A stretch of 64,000 nucleotides of DNA, taken from Squalus acanthias (lineage: Eukaryota). The stretch lies in NCBI GenBank assembly GCA_030390025.1, contig CM059425.1:170812001-170876000 (forward strand), in the 5' to 3' direction. The notes below the pieces were generated by a model. That model was not told where the DNA came from and did no database searches. It was given only the letters and a program-made list of their open reading frames with translations. The first letter of the stretch is position 1. Each line of letters begins with the position of its first letter. Below, piece after piece: positions 61,745-64,000 of the stretch. Position numbers and translations under genes: made by a program.

Positions 61745-62525
61745 ATTAGGGTTAGATTAGGAAGTTCGGGCAGGAGGGTATGTGCTCTTCTTGTGTTTAT
61801 GCTGTCATCTTATTACTAGAGTTGCTGTCGCATTAGGGCCTGTCAGTTCATTTTAGTGCATGTTTTTTATTCCTTCTTGTCCAGTTTTCCATGCTAATCT
61901 CTGATTGTTTTAATCTAGGCTAGGGTTATGGAATGCAAGGTTTGTTTTGTAGGATTCTGGCTCACTATGTTAGGGTTATTTGCTCAAGAACTGGGGTCTG
62001 TTTAGGTTTTGGGGGTTATGCTAACCCCTTTTGAGGTTAGGTTTTGGCATAAAGAGTTGGGGTTTGGGGCATGTTCCAGGTCAGAGGAAGGGTAAGGATG
62101 AATTTAATGGTTTGGGCCTAGCGGTCAGGGTTTCGGAGTTTAGGGCTTAAAGTCAGCCACTGTGTTAGGGCTCAGGATTCAGCCTTAAAGTTCAAGCTTA
62201 GGAGTAGGATTTTAGGGTTTCAGGGTTCGGGTTTAGGGTTTGACTTTAGATAGTTAGGATCAGCCTCTGTGCTAGCACTTGGGTAGGACTTGGTAGTTAT
62301 GCCTTAGGGTCAGCACCTGTATTAAAGCTTAGAGTTCAGCCTTTGGGTTTAGCCTTAGGGTTCAGCCCCATGTTACACCTTTGAGTTAGGGCTTACGGTT
62401 AGCCTCTGAAGGGTAGGGGTAGCTTTAGTTGGGCTTTATGGTTAGGGCATTGGAGCTGATGTTACTGTCCAGGTCCTTAAAAGTATTAGTGCTTGTGTCT
62501 GCATTACGGTTAGGGTCAGGGTTGA
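61745..62525 (+). repeat. Degenerate telomere-like (TTAGGG-variant) tract
   Basis: More than 10 exact TTAGGG hexamers and many variants (TCAGGG, TTCGGG, TTTGGG, TTAGGA), all on the + strand. Confidence 0.65.
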
Positions 62526-62564
62526 TCAGGCCTTATAGATGCCTTTCTATTTTATGTGCTCATG

Positions 62565-63001
62565 AATCATAGAATCATATACAGCACAGAAGGAGGCGAT
62601 TCAGCCCATTGTGCCTGTGCCGGCTCTCTGCAAGAGCTATCCAATTAATCCCACTCCCCTGCCCCATCTCCACAGTGCTGCAAACTTTTCCCATTCTAGT
62701 ATTTATCCAATTCCCTTTTCAAAGTTATTATTGACTCTGTATCCTTTGGTTACGTGCTGTCCTGCCAGTAGAAACAGTTTCTCCTTATTTACTCTATTAA
62801 AACACTGATTTTGAACGCCTCTATTACATCTCCCCCTAATCTTCTATGCTCTAAGGAGAACAATCCCAGTTTCTCTAGCCTCTGCACATAACTGGTCCCT
62901 CATCCCTGATATCATTCCAGTAAATCTCCTCTGCACCCTCTCCAAGGCTTGACATCCTTCCTAAAGTGTGGTGCCCAGAACTGGACACAATACTCCAGCA
63001 G
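62565..63001 (-). mobile_element. CR1 3' part
   Basis: Reverse-complemented tail atcatagaatcatatacagcacagaaggagg; LEYCVQFWAPHFRKDV motif on the minus strand. Confidence 0.85.
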
Positions 63002-63002
63002 T

Positions 63003-63430
63003 TACAGAAATAGAGAGGGATAAAGCCATGAAGGAACATGAGGAGGAGAATTTTAAATTTGAGGTGTTGTGGGGACCAATAGCCAAAGTAGCTCAGTCAG
63101 GACAGGGGTCATGAGTGAGCGAGCTTGGTGTGGGCAGCAAAATGTTCGATGAACTGAAGTTGTGGAGGGTGGAGGATGGGAGGCAAACCGGGAGAGCATT
63201 GGATTAGTCATGTTTGGAGGTGGCAAAGGCATATATGAGGCTTTCAGCAGCAGCTGGGCTGAGGCAGGGACAGAGGTGAAATTAGGCCGTGTTTGTGACT
63301 GAGTAGATATGGGTCAGAAGTTCATCTCCGAGTCAAATAGCACCTTAAGATTGCGAACAGTCTGGTTCAGCCTGAGACAATGGGATGGAATCAGTGGTGA
63401 GGGTACAGAGTTTGTAGTGGGGGCTGAAGA
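63003..63430 (-). mobile_element. L2-type LINE fragment
   Basis: LRLNQTVRNLKVLFDSEMNF motif (L2 VRNLGVxFD) in ORF 63314..63586. Confidence 0.7.
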
Positions 63431-63434
63431 CACA

Positions 63435-64000
63435 GGGGGCAAAATTGGGCTCGGCAGTGCCCGTTTTTTGGATGCTACAAGACTCCTTAGGGTTCCAAAA
63501 TGGTGTGCACGGCATATGCATGCACGTTTGACACGAAGCGCCAGATGCCATATTGGTAAAGGCGTTAGCATGCGCGCACTTAACATCCACCGGATGTGTA
63601 CAGAGCAGGCTGATCATGATGTCAATCAGCGTGCCACGTTGATTTGAAGCCAGCGCTGCCATTTTGGAGCTCCAGCCAATGTCCTCTTTAACCTCGCACA
63701 GCTGAACACGCGTTACGCCGCACAAAGGACCCCCATCAGCACTATTTAAAGGGATCATCAGCTACTTACAGGTTAGTTGCTGGTTTAGTTCTTCTGGCTG
63801 TTGCTGCAATTCTACAAGTTTTGGGTGCTTCCTATATTGGTTAAAGTTTTAGTAGTCTACAGGGAGTGGTCTGGCAGGTGTTGAAGTACTTTTTTGGTAA
63901 CTTAAAGGTTTCTGCACAGATCAGTTGCTGCCAGACATCGGTGGACCAGTAGGCCTTCCTCTTGACATTGAGCATGACTGGGAGAATGAGCAGAGGTCAC
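63435..64000 (+). mobile_element. Left end of a Harbinger-type element, running off the window
   Basis: gggggcaaaattgg terminus interrupting the L2; CpG-rich subterminal region. Confidence 0.55.

Overview
Eukaryotic, vertebrate-type genomic DNA. It is most likely from a cartilaginous fish (shark), inferred from HE1-type V-SINEs, SacSINE1-like DeuSINEs and the CR1 families present. I could not recognise any intact host protein-coding gene, so the window reads as intergenic or deep intronic. It is a dense, repeatedly nested mosaic of transposable elements: (i) two CR1-clade LINE families plus L2 fragments; (ii) a long degraded Vingi-like LINE split by a solo LTR; (iii) two Penelope-type (GIY-YIG) families, whose terminal repeats carry about 10 minimal type I hammerhead ribozyme motifs with compensatory stem changes and often have 13-16 bp TSDs and 5' inversions; (iv) many PIF/Harbinger-type MITEs with 3-bp TSDs, plus decayed Harbinger transposase and Myb/SANT remnants; (v) four solo LTRs (TGTA...TACA, 4-bp TSDs); (vi) a hAT-type MITE, a minisatellite and a degenerate TTAGGG-rich tract. 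Almost all ORFs in the supplied track are TE fragments or spurious. The strongest RNA-level signal is the hammerhead ribozyme set. All coordinates and alignments were read by eye, and family names come from motif recognition, not database searches.
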